The notes under the pieces were generated by a model. It did not search any database and was not told the origin of the DNA. It worked only from the letters and a program-made list of their open reading frames with translations. A program made the position numbers and the translations under genes. A stretch of DNA of 64,000 nucleotides. Origin: an uncultured delta proteobacterium (GTDB taxonomy: Bacteria; Desulfobacterota; Binatia; Binatales; Binataceae). Within the stretch, counting starts at the first letter, position 1; each line of letters begins with the position of its first letter. Shown piece after piece: positions 26,941 to 37,006 of the stretch. Where the stretch lies: positions 288,001-352,000 of the forward strand of contig CAVQEQ010000001.1 in NCBI GenBank assembly GCA_963711565.1, given 5' to 3'.

Positions 26941-28851
26941 TCAATGTCCGGTGCTGGTAGGAATCGTAATCGACGGCGCGCCCGACACTAACTGCGAGGT
27001 ATTCACCAGAGACATCTGGTAGAGCTTGTACAGGTTGAAGAAGGCGCGCCGGTCTCGGTCGGCGAGCGGGGCCTGTGGGTGTGCCGGCACCCATACGTAC
27101 TCCTTGTCGCTATGAGTATCAGTGAACGACGCCGAAGTATCGGCCCATGAGGGTACGTCCTTGCCTATCCCAAAGTTGCTCCCGGGACACTTGCTCTCAA
27201 TTTCCGTCGGATCGATGGAATGGCAGGCCAGCTCGGCTAGCCGCTTCATAATCTCTAGGAGATTTCCGATTTTGATGAATCCACATACTATGCCGTTGGG
27301 TGGCGTGTCTTTGTCATCATCGCCAAAACATACGCTCTTGGCTACACTGTCGGTAACAACAGGATGCTTATCGTTCCGACGCAGTTCGACATAAAAAAAG
27401 TCTTTGGCAACCGGCCAGACCGCTTTAACCACGTCTTCTCCGTAGGAGAACTCATTGACGTCGCCGACGATGATCCGGCTGTTGCTGCCGGTGCTGGCCG
27501 GGACCGACATTCTGGCAGTCCCTCTATCCAATCGCACATCTGTGATCGTTGCACCCTGCGGTACGCCGTCCCCAGTTATCGAGCTACCGATGTCCTCGGC
27601 AACAAACCCACTAACTCCATGAATGACCGGGTCCCCAGCGGTGCGCAAGCCTCCGGCAAAATGAGGTGACTGATCTGTGGTTTTCTTCAGCATACAGTAT
27701 TGTTGTTTTGCATCACATCTCAATCTCCCGCTAATGTCGCGATCGAGGTCGTAACCATCAGGGATCAGCGCCCACAAGCCGAGGTTTTTCTCGTCGCCTC
27801 TAACAATTCTGTAGGACTTCCATGAATAACCTTTTGGCGTCGAATATACGAGTTCCGTTCCGCTGGGCGCGCGATACTGAATCTTAACGGGGGGGAGATC
27901 GCTCGGCTGCGAGTCAGCTTTGTGCGCGGCGACAAAGATGGGATCGTAGTCAAACCAGGCTGGTATTCGAGTCGGATTCCCTAACTCAAACTTGTCCCCG
28001 TTCTTCGTCCACTCGAAACCCGCCGTCAATGCAGTCGAGAGGTCTGCGGCTGCCGGATCGGTTGCTGCCGTCGAGGGTACCGGGTAGGTGCTGTCTATCA
28101 GTTGATAATTTGTTTTGCTTGTCACGATCTCGTTTACGCAGTCGCCAAACTTTGAGTAATCGCTGCCGTCGAGCTCAGCTTTCGCCACGGGTGGCAAGGC
28201 CCTCAAACCAACGTTGCTTTGAAGCTCGACCGCGCTGCGGTTCTCCTCAGGTTTGATCCTTCTATTGAGGTAGAACCCCTTATGACACATTCCATCTGGC
28301 TTCGTATCCGGGTCGCCGCTCATTATGTAGAGGCTCTGCGCGAACAGTGTAACTATCTCGTCTTGTTCTTCGATCGAGGAGACCCAACGTCGGTCCTCCA
28401 GAAAGAGAGTGAACTTGTCGGTTAGCGTCGATTCAAACCGATTTGCGAAGTCTTGTCCCTGAATAGGAACGAACTGAATGGTAGGGCTTTCAGTACCTGT
28501 TGCCATGAACGGCACGGACCAGGTGGCTGGATTGGCCCATGAAAATCCCGAAGTTCCCGTAAAGGTTCGTGACTGAGATACAGTTGCCAGCATCGTGAAG
28601 TGTGGCGGTTGGTACTGGCTTAAGCGACCGAGATTGAAGAGTAGCATCTTTTGCTCGCTCGCTATTGTCTGTTTGTTGTATTCTTGGATGTCATAGCGCA
28701 TGGTGGGCGGACCGAAGCAGCCCGCGAGAACCATCAACGCCAGTCCCGCAAGTACTTTCAGCCCCCTCCCGCCGGTCGGTGTTCGGACGAGATTCTCTGT
28801 TTGATGTGGCACCGCGGATTCCCCCCAATTGGTCATTGTCTCGCGGCACAT
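26941..28851 (-). CDS. Large hypothetical lipoprotein, lower GC than the flanks
   Basis: 636-aa ORF with lipobox LAGC; start uncertain. Confidence 0.75.
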   Translation of the reverse strand: MCRETMTNWGESAVPHQTENLVRTPTGGRGLKVLAGLALMVLAGCFGPPTMRYDIQEYNKQTIASEQKMLLFNLGRLSQYQPPHFTMLATVSQSRTFTGTSGFSWANPATWSVPFMATGTESPTIQFVPIQGQDFANRFESTLTDKFTLFLEDRRWVSSIEEQDEIVTLFAQSLYIMSGDPDTKPDGMCHKGFYLNRRIKPEENRSAVELQSNVGLRALPPVAKAELDGSDYSKFGDCVNEIVTSKTNYQLIDSTYPVPSTAATDPAAADLSTALTAGFEWTKNGDKFELGNPTRIPAWFDYDPIFVAAHKADSQPSDLPPVKIQYRAPSGTELVYSTPKGYSWKSYRIVRGDEKNLGLWALIPDGYDLDRDISGRLRCDAKQQYCMLKKTTDQSPHFAGGLRTAGDPVIHGVSGFVAEDIGSSITGDGVPQGATITDVRLDRGTARMSVPASTGSNSRIIVGDVNEFSYGEDVVKAVWPVAKDFFYVELRRNDKHPVVTDSVAKSVCFGDDDKDTPPNGIVCGFIKIGNLLEIMKRLAELACHSIDPTEIESKCPGSNFGIGKDVPSWADTSASFTDTHSDKEYVWVPAHPQAPLADRDRRAFFNLYKLYQMSLVNTSQLVSGAPSITIPTSTGH

Positions 28852-28985
28852 AAGCTTTTGCGCGCGCGTAAGTCAACAACGAGTTACATTGGTTATCCAC
28901 TGGTTGCAGTAAACGATGGGATGGTGTTAGCGCGCCACTAGTTCCAACAGAGACGAAGTCGCGCATCTTTGCTTATTACTAAGGA

Positions 28986-29035
28986 GCATGGGTACCCCTG
29001 CCCAAGGAAGCGTGAAACTCATCAAAGGGTTTCAC
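28986..29035 (+). repeat. Two-hairpin repeat (CCCCTGCCCAAGGAAGCGTGAAAC..GGGTTTCAC), copy 1
   Basis: Matches 31727-31800 and the reverse complement of 49395-49452. Confidence 0.8.
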
Positions 29036-29056
29036 CAACGTCAAATTCCTCGGTCC

Positions 29057-29551
29057 TCACGTCGTGCCCGGCGCTTCGTAGGCCATGTATCGCGATATTT
29101 TCCAACTGCCGTCGGGCTGAAGGCGGAAGATATCCATGCCAGGCTCGTGCGTCGTCTCGTTGGGGGCGCCATTTTTCGAGTGCACCGTCAGGGTCCATAC
29201 GAGCCTTACGACGGCGATGTCGCCCGAGACCATGATCTCCTTGATTTCCAGGTCGTAGTGATAGGTCTTGGCGGGGTCGCTCAACGCCATCTGCAAATTG
29301 GCGCATAAGGAGCTGTAAGAGTCTTGCGGCTGCCCTCGAAAATCTGAAATCAAGTCGGGCGCAAAAATCGAGCAAACCTGCGCGATGTCGCCGGAGTTGA
29401 AGTCCAGCTGCCACTTCTCCAACTCCATGCGGATCTGATTCTGCGCGGCTGCGGGATCGTCATTCGAGGCCGACACAAACTCGGCGAACAACAAAATCGC
29501 CAGTACGCCGGCCACGATCGCTCCAATCCGGATGCGTTTAATTCTCACCAT
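29057..29551 (-). CDS. Exported NTF2/SnoaL-like (DUF4440-type) protein
   Basis: Signal peptide; FNSGD...SGDIAVVR...IFRLQPDGSWKI. Confidence 0.8.
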   Translation of the reverse strand: MVRIKRIRIGAIVAGVLAILLFAEFVSASNDDPAAAQNQIRMELEKWQLDFNSGDIAQVCSIFAPDLISDFRGQPQDSYSSLCANLQMALSDPAKTYHYDLEIKEIMVSGDIAVVRLVWTLTVHSKNGAPNETTHEPGMDIFRLQPDGSWKISRYMAYEAPGTT

Positions 29552-29867
29552 CCGACTTCTCCCCCTTCCTCAATCAACAAGCAAATTCGCGTATCTTTGG
29601 GCAAATTCGCGCCCTGCCATCTCCCGTCGCGCGCCGAGTCGAGGGGGGTCACCTCCGCGTTTCGCGCCGGTGTCTTCTTGTCTATCATGACGGGGCGGGC
29701 ACCTAACGTGAGCAAAGCCCCATGACCAGATTCGGCTGTGCTATGATTGAGGTGCGGACGGTTTGCAGATCGATCTGTCGCGCGCGCTCGCGGACGTCAA
29801 ATGAAACGACGCGCACGATGCAATTTTCCGGCCGCAGTTCGTTCAAAGAGTAAGGAGGGGTGATCAC

Positions 29868-30743
29868 ATGACGCCGCTCGACAAAAATAACGAGCCGCTC
29901 GACGCGATTTTGCGGTGGACGATGAGCGAGCGGCTCGGTCCGGCGACGCCCGAGTGCGCGGACGCGGAATCGCTGGCGGCATACAGCGAGCGCTCGCTGC
30001 CGGTGCCGGAGCGCGACCGTCTCGAAATTCATTTTGCCGACTGCATGCGATGCCGAGTGCTGTTAGCGGACATCGCTCGCGCCGGCGAGAGCGCGCGCGA
30101 GGCGAAGGCCTCGTCTGACGTCCCATGGTATCGAAAATGGCGCGGCGCGATTCCGGCGCTCGCGGCGGTCACCGCAATCGTCGTCTTCGTTTCGATGAGT
30201 CGTCCCGCGAACGCGCAGTCGAGGGCATTGGCGGCGCCACGCGCGGAAGCGATGGTTCCGGGCGCACAAGCGATGATCGCGCAAAACGAGGACAAGACTA
30301 ACGCGATGCAAACTTACGGCGCGGCAGATGCGAGCAGCGCGCCGGTCGCGGGCAGCGCTGCCGCCCCGAATGCTGGATACGCGATGCAGGCGGGAGTGCT
30401 GGCTACAATCCCGTCGTCTGATCGATCTGTTACGTGGATCGCCGGCAAGAACGGCACGATTCGAAGAGTTGACGCGAATGGCGGTAGTCGTTCGCAGCAG
30501 AGCGGCGTGAGCACCGACCTGGATGCGGGCGCGGCGCCGTCGTCGAGCGTGTGTTGGGTGGTAGGGCGCAGCGGAACGATCCTGCGCACCACGGACGGCG
30601 AACATTGGTCACCGGTCCCCGCACCCAGCACGGAAGATCTTGTGGCAGTGTCCGCGAGCAGCGCCAGCGATGCGACAGTCACAACGTCGAGCAGCAAGAC
30701 CTTCGCGACGTTCGACGGCGGCGCGACCTGGCATCAGCAGTGA
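29868..30743 (+). CDS. zf-HC2 anti-sigma-like membrane protein with C-terminal YCF48/BNR-type repeats
   Basis: HFADCMRC, TM helix, WVVGRSGTILRTTDGEHW and TFDGGATW; SD TAAGGAGG. Confidence 0.8.
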   Translation: MTPLDKNNEPLDAILRWTMSERLGPATPECADAESLAAYSERSLPVPERDRLEIHFADCMRCRVLLADIARAGESAREAKASSDVPWYRKWRGAIPALAAVTAIVVFVSMSRPANAQSRALAAPRAEAMVPGAQAMIAQNEDKTNAMQTYGAADASSAPVAGSAAAPNAGYAMQAGVLATIPSSDRSVTWIAGKNGTIRRVDANGGSRSQQSGVSTDLDAGAAPSSSVCWVVGRSGTILRTTDGEHWSPVPAPSTEDLVAVSASSASDATVTTSSSKTFATFDGGATWHQQ

Positions 30744-30759
30744 GGCCGGGAACATAACC

Positions 30760-31005
30760 ATGAAGCCGCTCCACGCTGCCGCGCTCGCGCTTGGCGTCAT
30801 GTTGTCGTCATGCGGATACGTCCAGAGGGGACCATCACCGGAAGATGCGCGCTGGTCTGAAATCAAATATGAAGATTGCATGCGCACCTCTGATTACCCA
30901 AGTGAGTGTGCGAACGAGAAACACATCAGCGATTTCTTCACGTACCACCTCGCATTCAACTCCGAAGTCCTATGTCAGCCCGGAGCACGTACTCCAGAAA
31001 ATTAG
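30760..31005 (+). CDS. Small putative lipoprotein with MKPLHAAALAL leader
   Basis: Lipobox LSSC; leader shared with the genes at 53794 and 54122. Confidence 0.65.
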   Translation: MKPLHAAALALGVMLSSCGYVQRGPSPEDARWSEIKYEDCMRTSDYPSECANEKHISDFFTYHLAFNSEVLCQPGARTPEN

Positions 31006-31095
31006 AGCAGCGTCATCCCGTCCGCGATAGTTCATCCGCAAAGTAGCGTGTCGCCGGGCGGTCGAGGGTGCGCACACCGATGCTGAATGCCGGCG

Positions 31096-31137
31096 CCCTC
31101 ACCCGCGCCGGAGGCGCGTCCACTTCCGGGGGAGAGG
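31096..31137. repeat. Degenerate CCCTCACCC...GGAGAGG palindromic repeat
   Basis: Resembles the elements at 9557 and 38135. Confidence 0.5.
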
Positions 31138-31144
31138 TATGAGA

Positions 31145-31603
31145 TCACTTTTGCAGGTAGATCGTGTAGCCCTTGTGGCTGTGGGTCATGCCGAAGTTTT
31201 CGTAGAAATTGTGCGCTCGCGGGCGTTTGCGATTCGAGGTCAGCGACAGCTTGTAGCATCCCCGACGGCGCGCGACTTTGAGCGCGGCTTCCATCAGCAG
31301 GTCGCCGACTCCGGCGCCGCGACTCCGCGAATCGACCACCATATTTTCCAGAATCGCGGACGGCCTCAGGGTTCGCGCCAGATGTCTGAAAATCAGAATA
31401 TGATTCGTGCCGACAACGTGACCGTCCCGGACTGCCACGAGCAGGATCTCGTCGGGTCGTAGCAGGAGTGAGCGCATGGCGCGGCGCATCTTTGTGGCGC
31501 CGGGACTTTTGTAGTCGCCTTCGTGCAGCTGCCGATAGAGGTCTTCGATTTCGGATTCGTCACCCAAGCGCGCTCGACGAATCCGAACCTGCTTTCGTTT
31601 CAT
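31145..31603 (-). CDS. GNAT-family N-acetyltransferase
   Basis: VVDSRSRGAGVG acetyl-CoA motif, AHNFYENFG. Confidence 0.88.
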   Translation of the reverse strand: MKRKQVRIRRARLGDESEIEDLYRQLHEGDYKSPGATKMRRAMRSLLLRPDEILLVAVRDGHVVGTNHILIFRHLARTLRPSAILENMVVDSRSRGAGVGDLLMEAALKVARRRGCYKLSLTSNRKRPRAHNFYENFGMTHSHKGYTIYLQK

Positions 31604-31726
31604 CTCTATGACCCCAGGTTGGTCGGTCGATTCGAACTAACTTAACATGGGGCGAGGTAATACCGCGCCGCCGCCCCAAAAAAAGAACCTGAGAGCAAAA
31701 TGGCGTCCCCGCCATTTTGCGATTGA

Positions 31727-31800
31727 TACTGGGTGCTGGGGTCACCCCCCGCGACGGTGTCGATGCCCAAGGAAGCGTGAAACCCAAGGATGGGTTTCAC
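31727..31800 (+). repeat. Two-hairpin repeat, copy 2 (with a small internal hairpin insertion)
   Basis: TACTGGGTGCTGGGGTCACCCC...TGCCCAAGGAAGCGTGAAACCC-GGGTTTCAC. Confidence 0.8.
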
Positions 31801-31901
31801 GTTGAATATTGTGAGTTCCCTTCTCTCACTGGTGGCCGTGCTGGTTTTGGCTTGGCTGATACCCGTATAATGGTGCGATTCTTGGGTCTCATGGCGGTTT
31901 T

Positions 31902-32615
31902 ATGCTCCATCAGGTGAGCGGTGCAGGCGGGTTGGGGGTGGTGGAACTGGTACTGGGCACCGGCCCGGTAGTCGCGGCAGTATTGTGGCTGCTGGTCGCG
32001 TTTTCGGTCGGCAGCTGGGGGACCATCCTTTACAAACTAATCCAGATTTCCCGCGCGCGGCGCGAGTCGGAAAAGTTTATCGCGATTTTCTGGGAATCGA
32101 AAAACCTCGCCGCGATTCATACCGCGAGCGTCGGCCTCAAGCGCAGCCCGGTCGCGCAGGTTTTCCGCGCCGGCTACCAGGAGCTGCTACAACTGACGCG
32201 CGCCAAGCGCCAGGCCGTCGGCTCTGACAGCGGTTTCTCGACCGACCTCGGCGGAATCGCGAACGTGATGCGCGCGATGAAGCGCCAGGAAAACGTCGAG
32301 CTGACCAAGCTCGAAGCGGGCATCACTTTCCTCGCGACGACCGGCTCGTCGTGCCCGTTTATCGGACTGTTCGGCACGGTGTGGGGAATAATGACGGCGT
32401 TCCTCGGGCTGTCGGCGTCGCATACGTCGAGTATTCAGGCCGTCGCGCCGGGAATCGCCGAGGCGCTGATCACGACGGCGGTCGGGCTGGTCGCCGCGAT
32501 ACCCGCGCAGATGTTCTACAACTACTTCATCGCGCGCGTGCGCGTGTTGGCGACCGAGATGGACAACTTCACTTCCGAATTTCTGAATATCGCCGAGCGT
32601 CACTTTCTTTCCTGA
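31902..32615 (+). CDS. tolQ: Tol-Pal system protein TolQ
   Basis: PFIGLFGTVWGIM, VAPGIAEALITTA; operon context. Confidence 0.93.
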   Translation: MLHQVSGAGGLGVVELVLGTGPVVAAVLWLLVAFSVGSWGTILYKLIQISRARRESEKFIAIFWESKNLAAIHTASVGLKRSPVAQVFRAGYQELLQLTRAKRQAVGSDSGFSTDLGGIANVMRAMKRQENVELTKLEAGITFLATTGSSCPFIGLFGTVWGIMTAFLGLSASHTSSIQAVAPGIAEALITTAVGLVAAIPAQMFYNYFIARVRVLATEMDNFTSEFLNIAERHFLS

Positions 32616-32635
32616 ATTTAAGGGCGGCAATTCCA

Positions 32636-33070
32636 ATGGCAATGGATTCCGGACAGGGACGCGGGCAGATGGTGTCGCAGATCAACGTCACCCCGCTGGT
32701 GGACGTGATGCTGGTGTTGCTCGTCATCTTCATGGTGACGGCGCCGATTATCCAGCAGGGCGTCCAGGTCACGCTGCCGAGCGTCAAGGCCGAGGCGCTG
32801 CCGGGCAAGGAAGAGCAATTCGTCGTCTCGATCACGAAGGACAGCCAGATTTATCTCAACGACACGAAGCTCTCGGCGGACGATCTGGCCGGCAAGCTAA
32901 AGGCGATTGCGCAGGAACGTCCCGACCGCGAGGTGTTCATCCGCGCCGACGACCAGGTGCCCTACGGCGAGGTGATCCGTGCGATGGCGGCGATCAAGGC
33001 GGCGGGAATCGAAAACGTCGGGATGGTGACGGAGATGCCGGCTGGTGGCGCCGATACAGGCGCGAAGTGA
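32636..33070 (+). CDS. tolR: Tol-Pal system protein TolR
   Basis: INVTPLVDVMLVLLVIFMVTAP, IRAD..VPYG. Confidence 0.93.
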   Translation: MAMDSGQGRGQMVSQINVTPLVDVMLVLLVIFMVTAPIIQQGVQVTLPSVKAEALPGKEEQFVVSITKDSQIYLNDTKLSADDLAGKLKAIAQERPDREVFIRADDQVPYGEVIRAMAAIKAAGIENVGMVTEMPAGGADTGAK

Positions 33071-33079
33071 GCGCTAGTC

Positions 33080-34189
33080 GTGGCATCAGCGGACCATAAC
33101 GGTGACGAGAATCCGTCGCGACTCGGATACTTCGCGGCGATTTTCGTCTCCGCCGTCGGGCACGTGGCGATTTTCGCCTTCGTGTTTTTCATCGCGCCGC
33201 GATTTCTGCATCCGGAAGAAGCTCCGCCGCCCGCCTACTCGGTGAAGATCGTGGACAACATCCCAGCAGGAGACCTGGGGACGCATCTGCCGCGGATCAA
33301 TCGGCATACGACGGAGGAGTCGAAGGGGGAGGCGCCCAAGCCCGAAGAGTCGAAGATCAAAACTGAGCCGCCCAAAAGCGAGCTCGCGCTGAACGAAGAC
33401 AAGAACGCGCTCATAACAAATGCGAAAGCGACGGACGTAGCGACACCGACTCCAACGCCGGAGCCGACCGTCGAATCGACGCCCGAGCCGACAGTCGAGC
33501 CCGCGCCGGCGCTTGAGCCAAATCTCGAAGCTACGGAGGAACCAACGATCGAGCCGACGCCCGAGCCGACTGCGCATCCGACGAAACACGCGACGCCAAA
33601 GCCCACGCCCGAAAAGGCGCGCATTCGACCCAAGTCAGGATCGACGGTGGCGAGGATCGCGGCGACGCCGAGCGTCGCGCAGCGGATGGCGAAGTTGAGG
33701 CAACAATTGCTCGCGGAGCATATGAAGGACCTGGCGATGAGACCGCCGTCTGAAGAAGAAGATGACGATGACGGTACGGACACGACCGAAGCTCCGGCGA
33801 AAGGGGCGGCAGGCGGCGGACCGGTGCCCGCAAGTGCGCCGAGCGACGGAAAGGGTTTCGGAATCGGGTCGGGCGAGGGCAGCGTAGGTATTCTTAAGGA
33901 CCCGGAATTTCTGCTGTACTATAAGACTGTGCAGGAACAGATAAAGAAGGCGTGGACGTTTACCGGCGGATCGAACGATCTGACGGCTACCGTCGATTTC
34001 GCGATTGGCCCCGACGGCACGCTGACCGCGTTGAAAATTGGCACGAGCTCGAACGACGGGGCGTTCGACGACTCGGTGCTGCGCGCGATTCGGAGAGCCG
34101 CGCCGTTCCCGGCGCCGCCGGAAAAGTTTCGCGATCAGTTTGCCGCCGGAATCAAGGCGGTCTTTCAACTTGGCGAACTAAAGTCCTGA
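33080..34189 (+). CDS. tolA: TolA/TonB-family energy transducer
   Basis: N-terminal TM helix with S-x3-H, Pro/Glu-rich linker, TonB_C-like domain. Confidence 0.8.
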   Translation: MASADHNGDENPSRLGYFAAIFVSAVGHVAIFAFVFFIAPRFLHPEEAPPPAYSVKIVDNIPAGDLGTHLPRINRHTTEESKGEAPKPEESKIKTEPPKSELALNEDKNALITNAKATDVATPTPTPEPTVESTPEPTVEPAPALEPNLEATEEPTIEPTPEPTAHPTKHATPKPTPEKARIRPKSGSTVARIAATPSVAQRMAKLRQQLLAEHMKDLAMRPPSEEEDDDDGTDTTEAPAKGAAGGGPVPASAPSDGKGFGIGSGEGSVGILKDPEFLLYYKTVQEQIKKAWTFTGGSNDLTATVDFAIGPDGTLTALKIGTSSNDGAFDDSVLRAIRRAAPFPAPPEKFRDQFAAGIKAVFQLGELKS

Positions 34190-34254
34190 GGGGTGGGCAG
34201 GTTGCAGGAGGCGCGGATGTCTTTTCTAAGGATCAATTTCTCAAGCGTTCAAAC

Positions 34255-35583
34255 ATGAGGCAGTTACTTCACCGGTGCGCTCTTGTCTGCGCAATTCTTC
34301 TCGCCGCGATGAGTCAGGCCGCCGCGCAGGCTGGGCCGATCACGATTACGATCGCGGGACCGGGCGGGCAGCTCTCGCCGATCGCGGTGTCGGGGCTGAA
34401 AAATCTCGGCGGCGACGACGATCATCGCCTGGGCAGCGCGTTCGTCGGCACGCTCAGGCGCGACCTTGAGCTCTCAGGCTATTTCCGGCTGCTCGATCCG
34501 CACGCGTACATCGAGGATCCGCAGACGTCGGGGTTCGAGTTGGGGCAGTTTAATTTCGGCGACTGGCGCTCGATCAACGCCGACTTCGTGGTCAAGGGTA
34601 GTGTGACTGCGAGCGGCGATGGCGTGAAGCTGACGGCCTACCTTTACGACGTGGCGCAGCAGCGGCGGATGATGGGCAAGAGCTACAGCGGCGATGCCGC
34701 CGACGTACCGCGGATGGCGCGGCGATTTGCCGACGCGATCCTTGAAGCGGCGACCGGGCAAAAGGGTCCATTCGATTCAAAGCTGGCGCTTGTCTCGACC
34801 GGCGGCGGCCGCTTCAAGGAAATCTATACACAGTCGATCGAGGGTCAGGACCTGTTTAAGCTGACCGGCAATCCGACGATCAACCTGTTCCCGAGTTTCG
34901 ACCGCGGCACCAACCATCTGCTGTACCTATCGTACAAGAGCATGCAGCCGGCGCTCTACCTGGTGGACCTCAAGGCGCAGAGCGAAATGAAGATCACCAG
35001 CCCGCACGGCCGCGTGATCGGCGGCACGCTCTCGCCCGACGGCGAGCAAATCGTGGCCGCGATCGAGCGCGACGGAATCACCAATCTGTATCTGCTCACA
35101 CGCGAGGGCGCCGAAATCCGCCAACTCACCGATACCTCGGGAATCAACGTGAGTCCCGCAATTTCGCCCGACGGCGAGAAGCTCGCGTTCACGTCGGATC
35201 GCTCGGGCACGCCGCAAGTCTACATGATGAGCCTTTCCGGCGGCGCGCCGAAACGAATCACCTACAGCGGCGATTACAACACGACGCCCGCATTCTCGCC
35301 CGACGGCGCGAAACTGGCCTACCAGAGTCGCGACAATGGCCGCTTCGATATTTTTACGATCCCGGTCGGCGGCGGCGATCCGGTGCAGGTGACGGATGGC
35401 AACGGCTCCAACGAATATCCGAGCTGGTCGCCCGACGGGCGCTACCTGGCGTTCAGCTCGACGCGCGGACATAACTCGCGAATCTATATACTGATGGTCA
35501 GTAACCGGAAGATTATTTCCGCTTTGACGGAGGGTAATGGCAATGATTCCTGTCCAGCATGGTCAGGTTGGTTGGGTGAGTAG
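34255..35583 (+). CDS. tolB: Tol-Pal beta-propeller protein TolB
   Basis: Signal peptide, DLELSGYF, repeated P.(W/F)SPDG..LA. Confidence 0.92.
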   Translation: MRQLLHRCALVCAILLAAMSQAAAQAGPITITIAGPGGQLSPIAVSGLKNLGGDDDHRLGSAFVGTLRRDLELSGYFRLLDPHAYIEDPQTSGFELGQFNFGDWRSINADFVVKGSVTASGDGVKLTAYLYDVAQQRRMMGKSYSGDAADVPRMARRFADAILEAATGQKGPFDSKLALVSTGGGRFKEIYTQSIEGQDLFKLTGNPTINLFPSFDRGTNHLLYLSYKSMQPALYLVDLKAQSEMKITSPHGRVIGGTLSPDGEQIVAAIERDGITNLYLLTREGAEIRQLTDTSGINVSPAISPDGEKLAFTSDRSGTPQVYMMSLSGGAPKRITYSGDYNTTPAFSPDGAKLAYQSRDNGRFDIFTIPVGGGDPVQVTDGNGSNEYPSWSPDGRYLAFSSTRGHNSRIYILMVSNRKIISALTEGNGNDSCPAWSGWLGE

Positions 35584-36109
35584 TCGTTCGACATTGGCCA
35601 AAGCGATGGCGATTGTTGGTGTGGCGATGATGTTGGCGATGGCGGGATGCTCGTCGAAGAAGCCGGCGCCGGTTGGCGACATGAACTCCAACGCAAATGG
35701 AATTGGTGAAAACCAAACAGGCCCGGGCGGCGGTACCAAGCTCGAGGACTGGGAGAACGGAACCATTGGGAGAGGCGGTCCGCTCAGCGATATTCATTTT
35801 GGCTACAATGACTCCGCGATCTCGGACCAGGACGGCCCCGTGCTAAAATCTAACGCCGCCTGGCTGCAAGCGCATCCGGAGACCAAGGTCCAGATCGAGG
35901 GTTATTGCGACGAGCGCGGATCGGAGGAATACAATCTCGCGCTAGGCGCCAAGCGCGCGGAGGCGGGAAAGGAGTACTTGGCAACGCTCGGAATCAGCGA
36001 CAGCAGAATGTTGACCATGAGCTACGGCAAGGAGCTTCCACTTTGCACCGATCACGACGAAAGCTGCTGGTCGCAGAACCGGCGCGATCACTTTATGGTG
36101 AGCAAATAA
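35576..36109 (+). CDS. pal: Peptidoglycan-associated lipoprotein Pal
   Basis: Lipobox MAGC, IEGYCDERGSEEYNLALGAKRA, SYGKE, NRR. Confidence 0.93.
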   Translation: MSSRSTLAKAMAIVGVAMMLAMAGCSSKKPAPVGDMNSNANGIGENQTGPGGGTKLEDWENGTIGRGGPLSDIHFGYNDSAISDQDGPVLKSNAAWLQAHPETKVQIEGYCDERGSEEYNLALGAKRAEAGKEYLATLGISDSRMLTMSYGKELPLCTDHDESCWSQNRRDHFMVSK

Positions 36110-36120
36110 GGATTACACGC

Positions 36121-36984
36121 GTGCGAAAAACAAACCGGGCGCTCGGCGCCATCGCGATCCTTGCGGCGATCTTCGCGTTGGCGGGATGCGCCGATCAGGG
36201 CGACATGCAGCAGCTCAACCAGAACGAGTTCACACTGCGCGGGATGATTGCCGCCGACCGCCAGCAAATCGACGCGTTGAAGGCGCAGGTCGCACAGCAG
36301 AACGATCAGATCCAGGAACTCCAGCACAACGCGACGCCGGATTCGGGCGGCAATGCGTCCGGGATGAACGATCGGGTCGCGAGCCTCGAAGCGGAAGTGA
36401 AGGCGCTGCAGGCGGGTCTCGCAGCGACTCCGGGCGCGGTGCCGCCGCCGGGCGCGCCGGCGGACAGCGTCGGACCGGGCACCGGAGAGGCGCCGCCGGA
36501 AGCGCCGGCGGCAGCGCCTGCTCCGCCCGCGACACCCGCCGAGATCGCGCCGACCTGGCCGACTGAGCTCGATCAGGAACTTGCCGACTCCGCGACGGCC
36601 GACGACCCGGGTATCAAGATTTATCGCGACGGTCTCGACGCGATGAAGGCCGCCAAGTATCCGCTCGCGGTCGCCAGGTTCACCAAGCTCCAGCATGCGT
36701 ACCCGAAATCGCCGCTGAGCGAGCCCGCCGAATACTTCGCCGCCAACGCGTTGTTCGAGACCGGCGGCTACGACCAGGCGATTTTGCAATTCAACGATCT
36801 CGTGATGCGCTTCCCCAAGGGCAAGTATGCGTGCGCCGCGCTGCTGCGCGAGGGGCAGGCGTTCGTGAAGCTGAACGATCGGATCGACGCGCGCCTGACG
36901 CTGCAGAAGCTGGGGACCGATTGCCCCGGAACTCCGCAAGCGGCGTCCGCGGACACGATGATGAAAGATCTCGCGAGCGATTAA
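36121..36984 (+). CDS. cpoB: CpoB/YbgF TPR lipoprotein
   Basis: Lipobox LAGC, coiled coil, C-terminal TPRs; follows pal. Confidence 0.82.
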   Translation: MRKTNRALGAIAILAAIFALAGCADQGDMQQLNQNEFTLRGMIAADRQQIDALKAQVAQQNDQIQELQHNATPDSGGNASGMNDRVASLEAEVKALQAGLAATPGAVPPPGAPADSVGPGTGEAPPEAPAAAPAPPATPAEIAPTWPTELDQELADSATADDPGIKIYRDGLDAMKAAKYPLAVARFTKLQHAYPKSPLSEPAEYFAANALFETGGYDQAILQFNDLVMRFPKGKYACAALLREGQAFVKLNDRIDARLTLQKLGTDCPGTPQAASADTMMKDLASD

Positions 36985-37006
36985 GGCGGCCCTCGCGCAA
37001 GATTGA

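Noticed and set aside
28952-28979. Fourth ECF promoter upstream of the large lipoprotein (GTAATA-N18-CGTC, minus strand)
   Set aside because: Both the -35 sequence and the spacing deviate from the three matching sites.
29012-29035. GTGAAAC/GTTTCAC ends reminiscent of CRISPR repeats
   Set aside because: Copies are dispersed kilobases apart, not arrayed with spacers.
33440-33612. PTPEP/PTVEP repeats
   Set aside because: Ordinary low-complexity periplasm-spanning linker of TolA/TonB.
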